Source of the DNA: Octopus sinensis
Taxonomy: Eukaryota
DNA: 64,000 nucleotides
Reading direction: 5' to 3'
NCBI RefSeq assembly: GCF_006345805.1
Contig: NC_043008.1
Coordinates: forward strand, 6,200,001-6,264,000
Shown here: positions 1 to 14,471 of the stretch, piece by piece
How the letters are laid out: each line of letters begins with the position of its first letter
Numbering within the stretch: the stretch's first letter is position 1
Translations under genes and position numbers: made by a program
The notes under the pieces: generated by a model
Databases searched by the model: none
Seen by the model: the letters and a program-made list of their open reading frames with translations, nothing else
Told to the model about the DNA's origin: nothing

Positions 1-1377
1 CCACCATGCCATATGCCTGTCTGTTTATTAGTATATTCAGTACTGTAGTTCATATATGTACAGATGAATACGGTGGGGAGAGCTAATTACAGTTTGTTTA
101 ATATGTAAGTTGTAGATGTAGATGTACATCTCATTTCATTAATAAATATAGATTGTATTTAATATCAAAGGCAAGAATTAAGATGAAAGTTCATTCAACA
201 TCATCTTCATAAAAGACCACCTTCTGTATTTTGAGCAGTTTTTCTTTCTCTTAAGTAACATACTCTGCTCACGTCATCTCAGATGTTTTAATGAAGGAAT
301 AAGTCAGCAGCCGAAATTTAGCTGCGGAATTAATTAAAATAAAAGAAAGTCCTACTTAACAATAACTCTCTTAATTATCTAATTGATAAATATACGACTA
401 ATTTTTATAATAAAATAAAATAACACTCAAATAGTTTACCATAAGTTCATTAGATGATATACTTGCACAAAGCCACAGATATATTTCCAATTTATAAGAA
501 ATCAATTTTATTGATGATGGATCTGCCATTAGATATGGGTTGAAGTATTTTAATCAACTGAAGTGCTTGAGTATTCCACACATACATGTACCCTTAAAAA
601 AATTCCCAGGTAGAATCAGTAAGAGAGTAGTTGATGAGACTGTGTGCAATTGGCTTCACACAGTTTGTGTCTATCAAGTTGTACTCTCAAACTTCTAAGA
701 GATAGGTGACTTCTCTGTGAGAAATGCAATGAAATTGAACTCAGGACCCATTGACTGCAAAAGAATCTTTTTAATGGTTCAAGCACACCTGAGTCTATAA
801 CAATCAATTTTAGCAATTTACAGAAATAAACAAAATAAACTCTCAAGTAATGGTATAGAATTAACTCTTTAGAATACAGCTACAATGTTTCTTCCTTGCT
901 CTCTGCAGAAATGTAACAATAACACCTGTATCTCACCTATGGCTAACCAATCAGAATACAACAGCATATTCCAAACACTGAGCAATCCCAACACAATAAT
1001 CATCTATCAAGTGTTTGTCGTCTCCCACTGAAATTTTAAATGATTACTCATTAAGACAATTCAAGATGCGTATCTACATGTTAAGATGCTTCTTCACTGC
1101 TATGTAATAATAGATAATATTACATAGGTACTACAGCATCCAAGCCCAATTTTCCTATTGCATAACCATATATATATACCTAGTGCTCACATTGCTAATG
1201 GCTTAGCAAAGTGGGTTGGTTTAAATTTTCTCTTCCTACCTATATTTAAAATCACCTGATGATAGCAAATTCTTTCCTGATGTAACCATAGTAATTGAAT
1301 TATTCATCAAAACGAAAAAAAAAATGCTGCTGAAACAGCTGATGTGAATTATAAAACACCTTTTGTGTTCATTTGTA

Positions 1378-1412
<35 letters not shown>

Positions 1413-1413
<1 letters not shown>

Positions 1414-1723
1414 CTTTCGATTTGGTTTGCAAGATTCTTTATGTGAGTTGGTGTGTTGAAGCATATTCTGCTGTGTCTGGGGAGAGTCATTCTCTTTTGG
1501 TGCCTAATAATTTAACACACTCACTGGTAAAATTTCCACTTATTTCTTTTATATTTTTCTAAAATTTCCATTGCATTTTGGCAACCTTTTAAATAGTTTT
1601 GAAAAGGTTGCAAAACACATTGAAAATTTTAGAATAATAAAAAAGAAATAAGTGGAAATTTTGCTGGTGAGTGTGTTAAATTATTAGGCACCAAAAGAGA
1701 ATGACTCTCCCCAGACACAACAG
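1413..1723. mobile_element. Fold-back element family P2 (putative non-autonomous Penelope-like), inserted in (TA)n
   Basis: Inverted arms 1468-1590 and 1602-1723 around an ~11-nt loop; left arm extends ~55 nt further; (TA)n on both sides; homologous to 28516-28792. Confidence 0.7.
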
Positions 1724-1724
1724 C

Positions 1725-1799
<75 letters not shown>

Positions 1800-2308
1800 C
1801 ATACATACATACATACGTACGTATGTATGTATGTATGTATGTATGCATGTATATGTATATATTATTCATTAACAAGAATAGTTTTGACATTCACTTTGAA
1901 GTTATGGCCAGCTAACCTATCATCAGACTGATGCATTGAGATAAAAATATTCTCAGATATGTGAGTTCATTGAATGGCAATTAGTTTGTAGGATAGGGTG
2001 TGATGGAGAGGTGTTGTAGAAAAATTTTTATTGATTAAATTTAGGCTTGTTTTATTTTATTATTTTATTCATTCAAGCAATGCAACTTCAGTCATGCTGG
2101 AGCATCATGTTTAGAATTTATTCATGCTTGTAGAACTTTATAAAACAGGTATGTACATTTATGTGTGTCAGCTTCAGGTTATAGGACTGTAGTTTTTTAG
2201 TGGTTCACAAAAAGGATGTAAGTAGATAGAAGGATTATTTTAGTTAGCAGATGTGTCATTAATTTTAGTTATTTTTGTTTTTATTAAATTTAATAGTTTG
2301 TAATGCAA

Positions 2309-2484
2309 TTCTATATTTAAGAGACGAAGAATTATGTACATTATCTACATTATTTACATTTGACGGATATTTGTCCTCATCTTGTTTGTTGTTAACACAA
2401 CATTACGGCTGATATACGCTCCAAGCTTTATAAGGTGTCTAGGAGAAATTTCGAACCTGGGTTCTCATTCCTAAGGTATTTTTC
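2309..2484 (-). mobile_element. Solo P1 element (Penelope-like pLTR-type repeat), hammerhead core decayed
   Basis: High similarity to 62271-62408 and 63028-63134; core at 2394-2439 reads CTTATAA...GTAA. Confidence 0.7.
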
Positions 2485-3475
2485 AAAAATCCTCCCAATT
2501 GAGTGAGAGTGTATTTGTGAGGGTGAGAGAGAGAGAGGTGGTATTATTCCAGTTCTGAAAGTTAAAATATAATAAAGGACAAGTATAGGTGTCTTGCTAT
2601 GGAAGAGATACTAAATACTAAGCCACATGCATTATATCAGAGTGGATGAAAGTAGCTGGAAGGGAGATAAAGATGGTGGTGAGCAGTGCCAGAGTATACT
2701 CTCAAGGTACAAGAAGGTGAATATAAGGGAAAATATTGACAGTGGGTGGGTAATTTCTTAAGTATGTGGGAGGAGAGTGACAGATGGGTAGAGTTTGGTG
2801 GATGTAGTGAATGATGGGAAAGGGTGGTAGATATCAGTATGGAGGAGAAGGAGGGGGTGAGAGAGGTGAAAGTATCTCAGGAAGTGAGAGGTGACAAATG
2901 GCAGCAGTGGGAGGGGAGGGTGATGAACAGTGGCAGAGATGGAGGTCAGAGGTATATGAGGATGGCTATAGTGAGTGGAGTCACAAAAGTGTGAAGCGGA
3001 GATATGATATCAAATATAATGAGGATGCTGAGAATGATAGCAGATAGCAGTGGTGTTAAGGATGATGTATGGCAGGCCGAAAAGGCAGCTCAGAGATGGA
3101 GAGAGTCAACTGAATACACTACACATATAAGTATATATAGGTATATATATGATTATATATATATCTGTGTATCCGTATATGAATACACACACTTACTCAT
3201 TCACTAACACACACACATGTACACACACCCTTATTCTCTATGAGATCATGTTTCCCTTGTTCTGAAGTTATTTTGGGACTCTATCTCCCAGAGACTACAC
3301 AGAACTTACGAATTAATTAGTTTTTATATAAGAGTATATAAATATATATCTCTCCATTGTCTAGAATAACACTGGGGTTACTGAGGTTAGAAAACAATTG
3401 TTGGTTGTTTTAGATGAAAACCAGAACTATTTGTTTTCAGAATTAATTAATATACATATATACATACATATATAC

Positions 3476-3546
<71 letters not shown>

Positions 3547-3972
3547 CCTGGCTCTGAGTAATGCAATTTTCCATGTGCAATAATTGGCAAATGTGCATGA
3601 TCAGCCGAATATTAACAAGAAAAATATAAATAGTCTGATGGAGAGAATTCACATGCTTCTAACTCTATCGAAGCTGAACCAGTCCCGACAGACTTGAAAT
3701 CATTATGTCTCACTTGTTAAGCCAGCATGATCTCACTGACCAAACTTATTTTATAGCAGCACAACAGATAAATAGTTATACACAACTAATTCGTAAGCTC
3801 TAGGTTGCATTATATAACCTTCTTACTATTCACTGTTCTCTATGTATTAATGTATGTATTAATGGATATATTAATAAACTAAGTGCTTTTGACTGGAGCT
3901 TCATGACTGCTGATTCTGTGACATTAGTGACTAAACTGGTCAATGCTTTGTGTTTATATGTACATGAGAATA

Positions 3973-4598
3973 GTGGAGGTGCAATGGCCCAGTGGTTAGG
4001 GCAGCAGACTAGCAGTCGTAGGATCGCAGTTTTGATTCCTAGACTGGCGTTGTGTGTGTTTATTGAGTGAAAATGCCTAAAGCTCCACAAGGCTCTGTCA
4101 GGGAAAGGTGGCGAACCCTGCTGTACTCTTTCACCACAACTTTCTCTCACTCTTTCTTCCTGTTTCTCTTGTACCCATATTTCAAAGGGCCAACATTGTC
4201 ACTCTCTGTGTCATACTGAATCTCCCTGAGAACTACGTTAAGGGTACACGCATTTTATTTCTTTACTGCCCACAAGGGGCTACACACAGAGGGGACAAAC
4301 AAGGACAAACAAACGGATTAAGTCAATTATATCGATCCCAGTGCATAACTGGTACTTATTTAATCGACCCCGAAAGGATGAAAGGCAAAGTCGACCTCGG
4401 CAGAATTTGAACACAGAACATAAAGACAGACGAAATACCACTAAGTATTTTGCCCAGCGTGCTAACGTTTCTGCTCGTTGCCTTAAGAGCACATGCATCT
4501 GTGGAGTACTCAGCCACTTGCATGTTAATTTCATGAGCAGGCTGTTCTGTTGATCAGATCAACTGGAACCCTCATCGTTGTAACTGACGGAGTGCCAC
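3973..4598 (+). mobile_element. tRNA-headed SINE family B interrupted by a family C SINE (4255-4482, -)
   Basis: Head gtggaggtgcaatggcccagtggttagggcag; rejoined halves match 22249-22633; degenerate TSD ttaagggtacacgcat / ttaagagcacatgcat. Confidence 0.8.
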
Positions 4599-6495
4599 AT
4601 GAGAGTGACCACATGTTCTTACTTTCTTTCACTCTCTCTCTCTCTTTCTGTTTATCAAGTCCTCACCATATAACTCTTCATTTAAATCCTCTTTAAATAG
4701 TGGATCAATTAAATCTCTTCACCAATTTAATTGTTGAAAAAAGTATAAAAATGTAAATGGTTGTGGGGGTGGGGTAAGTATTTTGTTTATAACATGAAGA
4801 TAAAAATGTTAAAAAAAGAATTATTTCAGTTTATTTTTTATTTTTAGTTACTGATGGTTATCAGGAATGTCTACAAGCTAGAGTAACTATTATCAGCCGA
4901 GAAACAGATTAAATATATATGGGAACACTTCACAATATATATGCATATATTTATACAGCCTGGGTGTATACAACTAGCACCATAGTGGATATAAACCAGG
5001 GATGTGCCACCTAAGTAGACAAGGTAGGCAGTGTCTACCCTGAATAAAATAGATTGATAGCAGCATTTTCCTTTCATGGTGAACTATGCACCTAATTCAA
5101 TAAAATTATGAAGGTTATTCTGATTTCTATGCATAAAATTCAAAATATTTTATTTTTTTGTAGAATTGGTAGACATAATTTTCCCCTACTTTTCAACCTC
5201 AGTATTAAAGCTATGCATAGTTCTGCTGTAGTACACATGCTGCGTCCACTCCTACAACAACGTTTTCTTTACTTTCTATAAAGGCAGAAGTAAATCTGCC
5301 TTTAACTCAGTCATGTGTCTGTTTTTTTTTCCCTTATTTTTGTGTGTTTTACTATATAAAGGTCACCAACTGCCTACCCTGAGTAATTACTGATGTCACG
5401 TGGCCTGGTATAAACCTTTCGTAATTGATGAGATAGATTGCAGTTATGGTATTGGATGAGTTGATGAAATTAATTCGCTTTAGTTTAGGAGAGTTTCCAA
5501 TATTGGAAAGATCTTGATTAGAAAATGTTTGAGGAAGCTAAATATAGAATTCATTGTGACTTGTTGATCTCCAAAACAAACTGAATTTGGAGTTTTATGA
5601 TCTTTGAATAACAACAGCCAGATAGCTTTATTAAACGAGTAGTTGCCATAGGTTAAACCTGACCCAGTAGACCTTTGGCCCAAAGTATTCCAACCATGAC
5701 AATCCTGTCGTTTTATGTGTTGGACTACATGACCTAATATAATCCTCAACAGGATGTGGTTTGGAAGCTGTTTCTAGCAGGTCGTTTGATCGTCATTGAC
5801 AGAACAGTCCAAGTGAAAAGACACAAATAAACAATGCAAGAAAAAAACAAAAAGTTTAAACAATGGAATGGAATCCGTAACAAAGGTAAACCAATAACAA
5901 CAACAACAAATGGTAGGAATGGAGATGATGGAATGAATTGAAAGAACAAACCGAATCAATGATGTTGAGATTAAATGACTTGTTAAAAATATCAAAGTAT
6001 GGAGAATAGTTTTGGAAAATCTAGACACAAATAATTATAACTTGTGTAACTTTCCATTATTTCCAAACTAGATAACGGTACCTGATATTATTTCTTCATC
6101 TCTTCTGAATAGAGACGAAGAATTATAAAAAAAAGTACTAAAAAAAAAAAACCTATAGATATTATAAATTACCATGTTGATGACAAGGATATGTCATTGG
6201 ATTGGCCCCTGTTGTATTCCTAATGATTCTTCCTCCTAATAGACTTTTGTTTAACTGTAGTTAAAGTTTTATTTGGGATGAAAATGTTTCTAATACCAAA
6301 CCACCAGAGGAATGGCTGTGGGACTGAGATGTTCTCTTTGTAACTGGTTGCAGGTTCAATCTCAGTGAGTGATACTTTGAGCAACTGCCTTCTATAACAG
6401 ACTCAAGTTAATCAATAGATTCTGACAGGAATTTGGTAGATGGAAACCATGTAGAAGTCTGTCATACAAATATGTGTGTGTACATGTGTGTATGC

Positions 6496-6496
<1 letters not shown>

Positions 6497-6573
<77 letters not shown>

Positions 6574-6600
6574 GTCTATCCATCTATCCATCCGTCCATC
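6497..6600. repeat. (TATC)n microsatellite
   Basis: Direct reading. Confidence 0.95.
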
Positions 6601-6705
6601 CACCTGCCCGTCCTTCTGCCCTTCAAAGTGGTGCTCCAACATGGCCACAGTCAAATGACTGAAACAAGTAAAAAATATAAGAATATATATATATATATGT
6701 GTATG

Positions 6706-6746
<41 letters not shown>

Positions 6747-6780
6747 CAACAGATATGTAGATTGTGGTTAGTTACGTCAG

Positions 6781-7000
6781 TTCATCATCTGGTGAAGCTT
6801 TCTTGGACATTTTTAACCAATGCAACCCATCCACCTTGGTCCTGCATTAGTCAAAGAAGGTTTTGTGGGGAGGCATCCAATGTCTCTGGTGAGTTGATCA
6901 ACATAAGTTGTGTTTGGATGACCTGCTCCAGAATGGCCATGCTTTGGCATTCATAACTGTAGGTCAGTTACCAGCTCTTGCTCAGCACAAGACATTCCAT
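6781..7000 (-). mobile_element. RTE-X-like LINE 3' fragment
   Basis: ELVTDLQL*MPKHGHSGAGHPNTTYVDQLTRDIG..LMQDQGGW..VKNV then gatgatg tail. Confidence 0.65.
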
Positions 7001-7262
7001 GACTTACATACTTTAGTTGATTACTTGGAATCGACAGGGTGGCTCAGTTAGATATGATCTCAGCCAACACAAAACTGACCTGACCATTACTATTAAGGGA
7101 GAGCTTACTAAAACTCACACACACACACACACACACACATTTATATGTCTGTGTGTATTTATTTGTGAGCATGAGTGTATGTATTTGAAGATATACAAAA
7201 TGGATAGATATGTATTTATCTTACAAACACATACACAACCCAAAAACAAAGAGTCAGGTAAA

Positions 7263-7362
7263 GTGACAGTCCCATAAAAGGGAAGAATGCTACTGTTATT
7301 TAGCCCCAGGTAACACCGTTTCCTGTTGGACTTGACACATTTCTCTTTTATGGGACTGTCAC
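7263..7362. mobile_element. 100-bp MITE-like element
   Basis: Perfect 18-bp inverted ends gtgacagtcccataaaag / cttttatgggactgtcac. Confidence 0.55.
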
Positions 7363-7752
7363 ATTAAGTTGACAACATACTATCACTTTATCTCGCTGCT
7401 ATTGCATAAATCTCTCTGAGAGATTTAGAAATATATCATTTCTATTTTCAAAGTGTTAGTTGTTTGAAAATCAATAAAATTATTCAGGAATCAGAAGTGA
7501 TGAACTTTACTGACTTTTTCTCAGAAAGTTTGGTGCCCCTTTCTTTTCTGACATCTTGGTAATGTGAGGCAGATGCAAACAAGATATTTGCTCTGTTCTT
7601 CACCTTAAAATCAGTACATCGCTAATTCAAAGCGGTATTCATTGAGCCATTTCATCTCTTCCAAAATGTATGTATGTGTGTATCTGTGTGTAAGTTTGTG
7701 TTGCATCTGTATGTGCGATGTGTGTGTGCATGCAAATGTCTATTACCTGTAC

Positions 7753-7787
<35 letters not shown>

Positions 7788-8081
7788 TGTATTGGCAGAT
7801 TTTCGAAATCCAATGAATCTTTATACATTTATACAGTTAGGAAATTTTACAAATACACTTTCTCAGGGAGATATGATAAACCTATTATAATGGGTAATAC
7901 TACATGTACTTTTCATATTTTTTATAGTGTGATGTAACTCTTTGGAATAACAATGTTTGCAGCTGAAGAGAGCTTTAAACCATCTTTTATATCAATTATA
8001 CACTGATGTAAGAACGGATTGTTTATAAAGCTTGAAACATGTGTACCGCGATATCCTTTGTGTTCTGTTTTTAATTTTATT

Positions 8082-8131
<50 letters not shown>

Positions 8132-9547
8132 GTGTGTGTGTTTGTGTGAGAGAGAGAAAGGTTTTTGTGATTGGCCCATGTCCTACTGCAGCACCTTCAC
8201 TGCACTGTTGCCATTTTCTACTTCAAAACTAACCGATTATCATATTGTTGTACCAAGTAAACTCGAAACTCAGCAAAATTCTCACTTCTGCACCTGGTAA
8301 TCACCTTGCAAAAACTGATTACCATCTCTGTTTTGCACTCGTTAACTGATGTCAGAAACTCATTACTTGATGCTGCAATTGTTTAGTTCTTAGACTTATT
8401 AATATCTTCCTTCCCTTTTCTTTTTTGTGAGGTGCATTCGATTTTTTTTTGTGTACATGACTGAATGAATGCATGTATTGAACAGGTTTCAACAAGTACA
8501 TGCATCATATGGGAACACTTCAGTAAGCCCACACGCACACGTATAGATACTTGTAAGAACCCATTCTAATGCATATATGGTGATTATACACACACATACA
8601 CAAGCACATACACTCTGTATGTACCTGTAACATCCAGTCATAATTTCTTTGTTCTGTTCTTCTATTGAAATGAAAACCTTACAGCCACAGAGAAGATACT
8701 TCTAACATTTTATATTAACTTTGGCATTTTATTATGTATACTAAGTACATAAAAAAAGTCACCTGACTAACCTACTCATTAAGCTGATAATTAATTGATG
8801 CTTATCCATGAGAGTCAACTAAAATGTACTGTAAGAACACTGACATGTGTCTCGCCAATTAGATTATGATATAAAGCAGTTAAACCTGTATTAATAAACT
8901 CCAGACCACTTTAAAATGGTAGCTATTTAAGTTTTTAATTTCTAAATCTTAAGGCAATATACAAACAATAGAATTTAGATAATCAAAATTAGAATTGTGA
9001 TATAAGATATTTTTCTCTAATTAACATACTAATTATGGATTTCAAAAGGTATAATATTAGACTTGTTGGTAGCTTCCGTTCTTGCAATAAACTTTGTCAG
9101 CAAACTGAGCAGCTTGTCTATAATAAGAATTGGGGAACTTGAAATGTCAGAAGCAATGAAGCATTTATCAATATATCTAATCTAAGCAAAGTCTTGAAGA
9201 AATGACAAAAAATGATATAATTCTAGAACTATATCGTCTGAATTCCAAAAATATCATGTAATAAATAGAAAATTGGAAATAAAGTTGAGATTTCATAAAA
9301 GAGAAATTTACAGTTCCAGTCCATAATTCAGAATATATCTATGTTCTGAAGAGATTCTAAGGAGCAATGTGTAACTCAGATGTACCAATAGATCATCTCT
9401 AACTGAACTGATCTATGGCATGTAAACTGGTGGTTGCAATTTGCTTGTGAGAGACCAAGCCCTCACTTATCTGATGACATAAATGTGTTCAACAATATGT
9501 AGAGGTTGATTGTGTGAATGAAGAATTACATTTTTGACATGCTATAC

Positions 9548-9779
9548 CTATTTCTTTACTACCCACAAGGGGCTAAACACAGAGGGGACAAACAAGGACA
9601 GATAAATGGATTAAGTCGATTATATCGACCCCAGTGCATAACTGGTACTTATTTAATCGACCCCGAAAGGATGAAAGGCAAAGTCGACCTCAGTGGAATT
9701 TGAACTCAGAATGTAGCAGCAGACGAAATACTCCTAAGTGTTTCGCCCAGTGTGCAAACATTTCTGCCAGCTTGCTGCC
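9548..9779 (-). mobile_element. tRNA-headed SINE family C with 14-bp TSD
   Basis: Sense head ggcagcaagctggcagaaatgtt...gagttcaaattcc; central gtcgactttgcctttcatcctttcggggtcgat; TSD ttgacatgctatac at 9534-9547 and 9780-9793. Confidence 0.85.
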
Positions 9780-12159
9780 TTGACATGCTATACAAGTGGC
9801 TCACAAACAAAATTTGCTTAGTGGGTGCAAACTCAGAGCCTAAATGTTTTACAAACAAGGTCAATTTTTTCAACTGTAATATCAAAACGAACACAGGTAT
9901 AATAATAATTTTTTGCTCGTTTGGTAACAAAGCTTTTCAAGAGGGTGTCCAAAGTGTTTTCATTGCACAAGTTTTTATGTACGTGCATTACAGCACAGAA
10001 TAACCTTAGTTTTTCTAAAGTGTTGTCAGGAGAAAATCTTTGTGGACATCCTGATTTTCAGAAACATAATGACAATAATTGATTCTTACAACCATAAATA
10101 ATACCAATAAACATGGAATCTTCAGCCATTTTTCTGATCAGATAGGAAATTAACTCTTTGTTTAAGCCACTGACTAACTTCAGTGCCACATACTTCAGCA
10201 AGTTCTTTTATGAGATTTACAAAGTTTCCTGTGGCATGTTAACTTTCTCTTCGAAGATGGAACTAGTAACTTCTTTTATCTTTTACTAAGGATGTTCCTT
10301 GATCCTTCAGCAATGGAACTGTGAACTTCTATTGTCTTTCACTAAGAATTTCCTTAATTTTCTAATCATGAAGGTGCTAACCACCATTAATTTTCACCGA
10401 GAATGTTCTTTATTTCTTTGAAGAGTATGAGGTTATGTGTAATAGGCAATTTTCTGGTATTAAATTTTTGAAATATAAACCATCCCTTGGGTAGGGTATT
10501 GATCTGACTTGATTAGGTACCAATTCCTGTAGCTAGGTGAGAAGAGACGATGAAGAAGAAGGATGTCTTTTGCTCCCCACAAAAATTTAAATGAAATACT
10601 TGCAGCAGCTCTGAACATGTACAACCAATGCTGTTGTTGTTGTTGTTGTTGTTGTTGTTGCTGTCAATGGTTGCATGACTTGTCACTTTCACAGGTGTAT
10701 AACATGCAACCTTTTATCATAAAATAAATCGTTACAAACTGATAGTCTAAAACCATTTTTGTTTTTTTTTTTGTTTAATATCTTCTCTACTCAGTTATTT
10801 CCACTTCTAACATAATCTACAGGGATTAAACATTTGTTAGACTCCAGCTAAATCATTAAAATTTTAATTGTAATTTGCTATATTTCGAATCAATAGTTAC
10901 TGAAATATGTGGGAAGTAGGAACATTAAAATGTTTCAATTTTCACCCACATTAAGACATATTGAAAACCATTTAGTGTGTCTGCGCGTGCGCTCGTGTGT
11001 GTGTGTGTGTGCGTGTGTGAGTGAGAGGGAGAGAGAGAGAGATTCACAAATCTGAATGGTCTAGGTCTTGAAACCCTTCCAACTAAAAGATCATTAAAAA
11101 CATGGTCTGCCAGTTGTAAATGGAGAAAAGGGATTCTGGTAATTATTCACAAGATTTAATATTCTTATTCCCAAGATGTTGATTAATGTAATATTTAGAT
11201 AAATACTACATTGAATCATTCAATTGAACAATCCAAATCCACAATCTGTGTCTGGAATTCTTGTGCCAGCCTTTTTCCTTTCAGTTCTATTCTTAATACG
11301 ATCGTTAAAGATATGGGCATCACAAAATATCCTTTTCCTTTCTTTAAATAATCTGACTTCTAAGAGACAGAATATTTCTGCTCATATCTCAAAGACTTGC
11401 TGTGGTGAAGCAGAAAATGAAGAACGCAGATATATATTTGCAGGAAATCAAGATGTTTTCGCTCGTCAGTTGTAGCTATTTTACATCACTTCTATTTCTA
11501 ATACCTTTCGTGATGCCATAAACATCCGCAGCCTTCAATATCTCCTCACCTAGAAATTTAAGGCCTTATGCCAATACTAAAAACAAAAAAAAAAATCAAT
11601 ATTATTATTTATGAGAATTGTTCCCTATTTCTATTTTCATTAAACACATTCTATTGATTTCCAATTAATAACTGAAAAAGATATTCTATGAAATATTGAA
11701 AAAAAAAAAAAAGAAAATACAACAAAAACCGTTTCTACATTGAATATAAATGTTTTTTTTCTATTCTTCTCAAATTTATCGTTGTCTGCTGCTGCCACTA
11801 TTATCTACTAAAACTCCATTGTGAAGTAGAACAATCACAAATAGATGATATAAAATATTGCTGCCTGCTCAATACCACATATTAATTTTGAATAGCAATA
11901 TTGTGGTCTTGAGACATTAATCTGAGGGAAAAGACTAATAGCTAAGCAACATGTTAGAATGCCTGACTACCAAATAAATGACTCTTGCTTCGTATCTCGG
12001 CACTGGCAACGTTCTTTGTTCCCCACAAAGACACTTCATTCTCAATGACCCTGCTTTTTTCCTGCTAGTTATATGTATACATTGGTGCTAACATACAAGA
12101 TGTAGCGGGACAAAAATTTTAATTCATTAAAATTCATTAAAATTATTAATATTACTTGT

Positions 12160-12475
12160 GTGGAGGTGCAATGGCTCAGTGGTTAGGGCAGCGGACTCGT
12201 GGTTGGAGGATCACGGTTTCGATTCCCAGACCGGGCGTTGTAAGTGTTTATTGAGTGAAAACACCTAAAGCTCCACGAGGCTCCGACAGGGGATGGTGGT
12301 GACCCCTGTTGTACTCTTTCACCCCAACTTTCTCTCACTCTCTTTTCCTGTATCTTGAATAATGCTGTGATGGACTGGTGTCCCGTCCAGCTGGGGGGAA
12401 CACATACGCCACAGAAACCAGGAAATCGGGCCCATGAGCCTGGCTAGGCTTGAAAAGGGCATATAAATAAATGAA
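12160..12475 (+). mobile_element. SINE family B (head 1 + tail 2)
   Basis: A box tggctcagtggtt, B-box-like ggtttcgattccc; tail gatggactggtgtcccgtccagc...gagcctggctagg. Confidence 0.8.
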
Positions 12476-12934
12476 AAAATATTACTTGTAAAGAAATGAA
12501 AAGATTTTGTTAATAAAGAAATTTTGTTCAAATTCTATGAGAGGCTGGCATCCTGTCCCGGAGAGATGGCTCTCTACTATTTATCAAGATGGCTCACTGA
12601 TGTTTCTTATAAAAGCAGTCAATAAAATTTAATCTTTCTAAAAAGCATCCATGCTAGCACCACATATAAAGCACTTCTGCTGGCAGTGGCAGACTGGCCA
12701 GGTTGCCAGCTTGTCTGATGGCAAGTGGACCCCTGCGCCATTAGAATCCATATATGGGAGTCCATGTTAGTATCTAAGGGGCCTATCCCCTCAAGTTTGA
12801 GAATATTTTATTCACTCCTGGAAGAATGCATTAAGAGGGTAGGATGTGAATTGAGTGAGATTTAGTTGCTATTTCTTGCAGATGAAACAACCTCGTAGAA
12901 GATGGCGTTTTGGCTCATTATAAACAAGTTGTTG

Positions 12935-13086
12935 TTGTTTGACATTAGGAAGGGCATCCACCCTTAGAAACCATGCCAAACAGACAATTGGAGCCTGGAC
13001 AGTTCCCTGGCTGACCAACTCCTGTCAAACCATCCAACTCATGCCAGCATGGAAAACAGATGTTAAACGATGATGATGATGATGAT
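12935..13086 (+). mobile_element. Short family D tail
   Basis: aggaagggcatcc...gccagcatggaaaacagatgttaaacgatgatgat. Similar short copies at 26510-26800 (-), 44530-44590 (+), 47415-47465 (-), 50095-50285 (-), 55780-55915 (-). Confidence 0.7.
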
Positions 13087-13227
13087 ATTGTTGTAGTTTA
13101 ACCCTAGGTCCATCTGACTGAACAGACTTTGATCACAAGCATCCTAACAAAGACCATCTGCTCTTGTTATTTTCTTTCTTGTGTCTTTCCTTTGTTCTTC
13201 TCTTCTCTGATATCCTGTACCAAATAC

Positions 13228-13641
13228 CTATTTCTTTACTACCCACAAGGGGCTAAACACAGAGGGGACAAACAAGGACAGACAAATGATTAAGTCGATT
13301 ACATTGACCCCAGTGCATAATTGGTACTTATTTAATCGACCTCGAAAGGATGAAAGGCAAAGTCTACCTCGACGGAATTTGAACTCAGACCGTAATGGCA
13401 GACAAAATACCTATTTCTTTATTACCCACAAGGGGCTAAACATAGAGGGGACAAACAAGGACAGACATAGGTATTAAGTCGACTACATCGATCCCAGTGC
13501 GTAACTGGTTCTTAATTTATCGACCCCGATAGGATGAAAAGCAAAGTCACCTCGGCAGAATTTGAACTCACAACGTAATGGCAGATGAAATACGGCTACA
13601 CATTTCGCCTGGCGTGCTAACGTTTCTGCCAGCTCGCCACC
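13228..13641 (-). mobile_element. SINE family C dimer
   Basis: Two tandem units joined at aaatac|ctatttc (13410/13411). Confidence 0.8.
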
Positions 13642-14304
13642 TTGAAATATCAAATACTGCCTGATACAAGGTCCACTTAGATGTTATTTTGAAAATGGTA
13701 AGGAATTGGACTGCTGTTTCTAGCATTCCAAGTAGCCAATACAGAAGCTCCATAGCACAATCCACTGTTTATAGCAGTGAGAGCACAATATATAATATTT
13801 ATTAAATCCCATTCCAGTCCTACAGCAATATTGTGATCAAATCCTTCAACAGGGGTGGGGTAGACTACGGAGATCCTTACTTGATGTGAACAAGAAAAAT
13901 CCCTGGTTGACGGATATTGCTGATTACAAAACATCGGATTAATTAGATTTATTTATTTATTACACAATCATCATAAAATAACTTTTGGTTGATATTAATA
14001 ATGAAGTACATGGAAATAATACGGGGTTGCAATACAGCAGCAGAAGCAAATAGGGAAGCATGCTTCACTAATTTGGAATATTGAACGGCAACAACAACAG
14101 GAAGAAGAAGAACAAGAAGAAGAGCAGGAGTGTGAAGAGTAACAAATAACAATGATGGAGATGTTTCTCTGTTGTGCAAGTGGGAAGTTGGCAGAAAGAG
14201 ATGGTGCTTGGCCATGAAAGCCAAATGGTTTATGTTGAAGGTGGCAGCAGAGTAAAATAAACACTTCCTTAAGTTAGTAAAAATTCTTTCGATAGGAGAG
14301 AGTT

Positions 14305-14413
14305 GTGTGTGTGTGTGTGTGTGTGTGTGCGTTTATATGTGTGTGTGTGTGTATAAATATATGTATAAACACATTCGTATGTACATGTATGTTTATGTAT
14401 GTATGTATGTATC

Positions 14414-14471
<58 letters not shown>

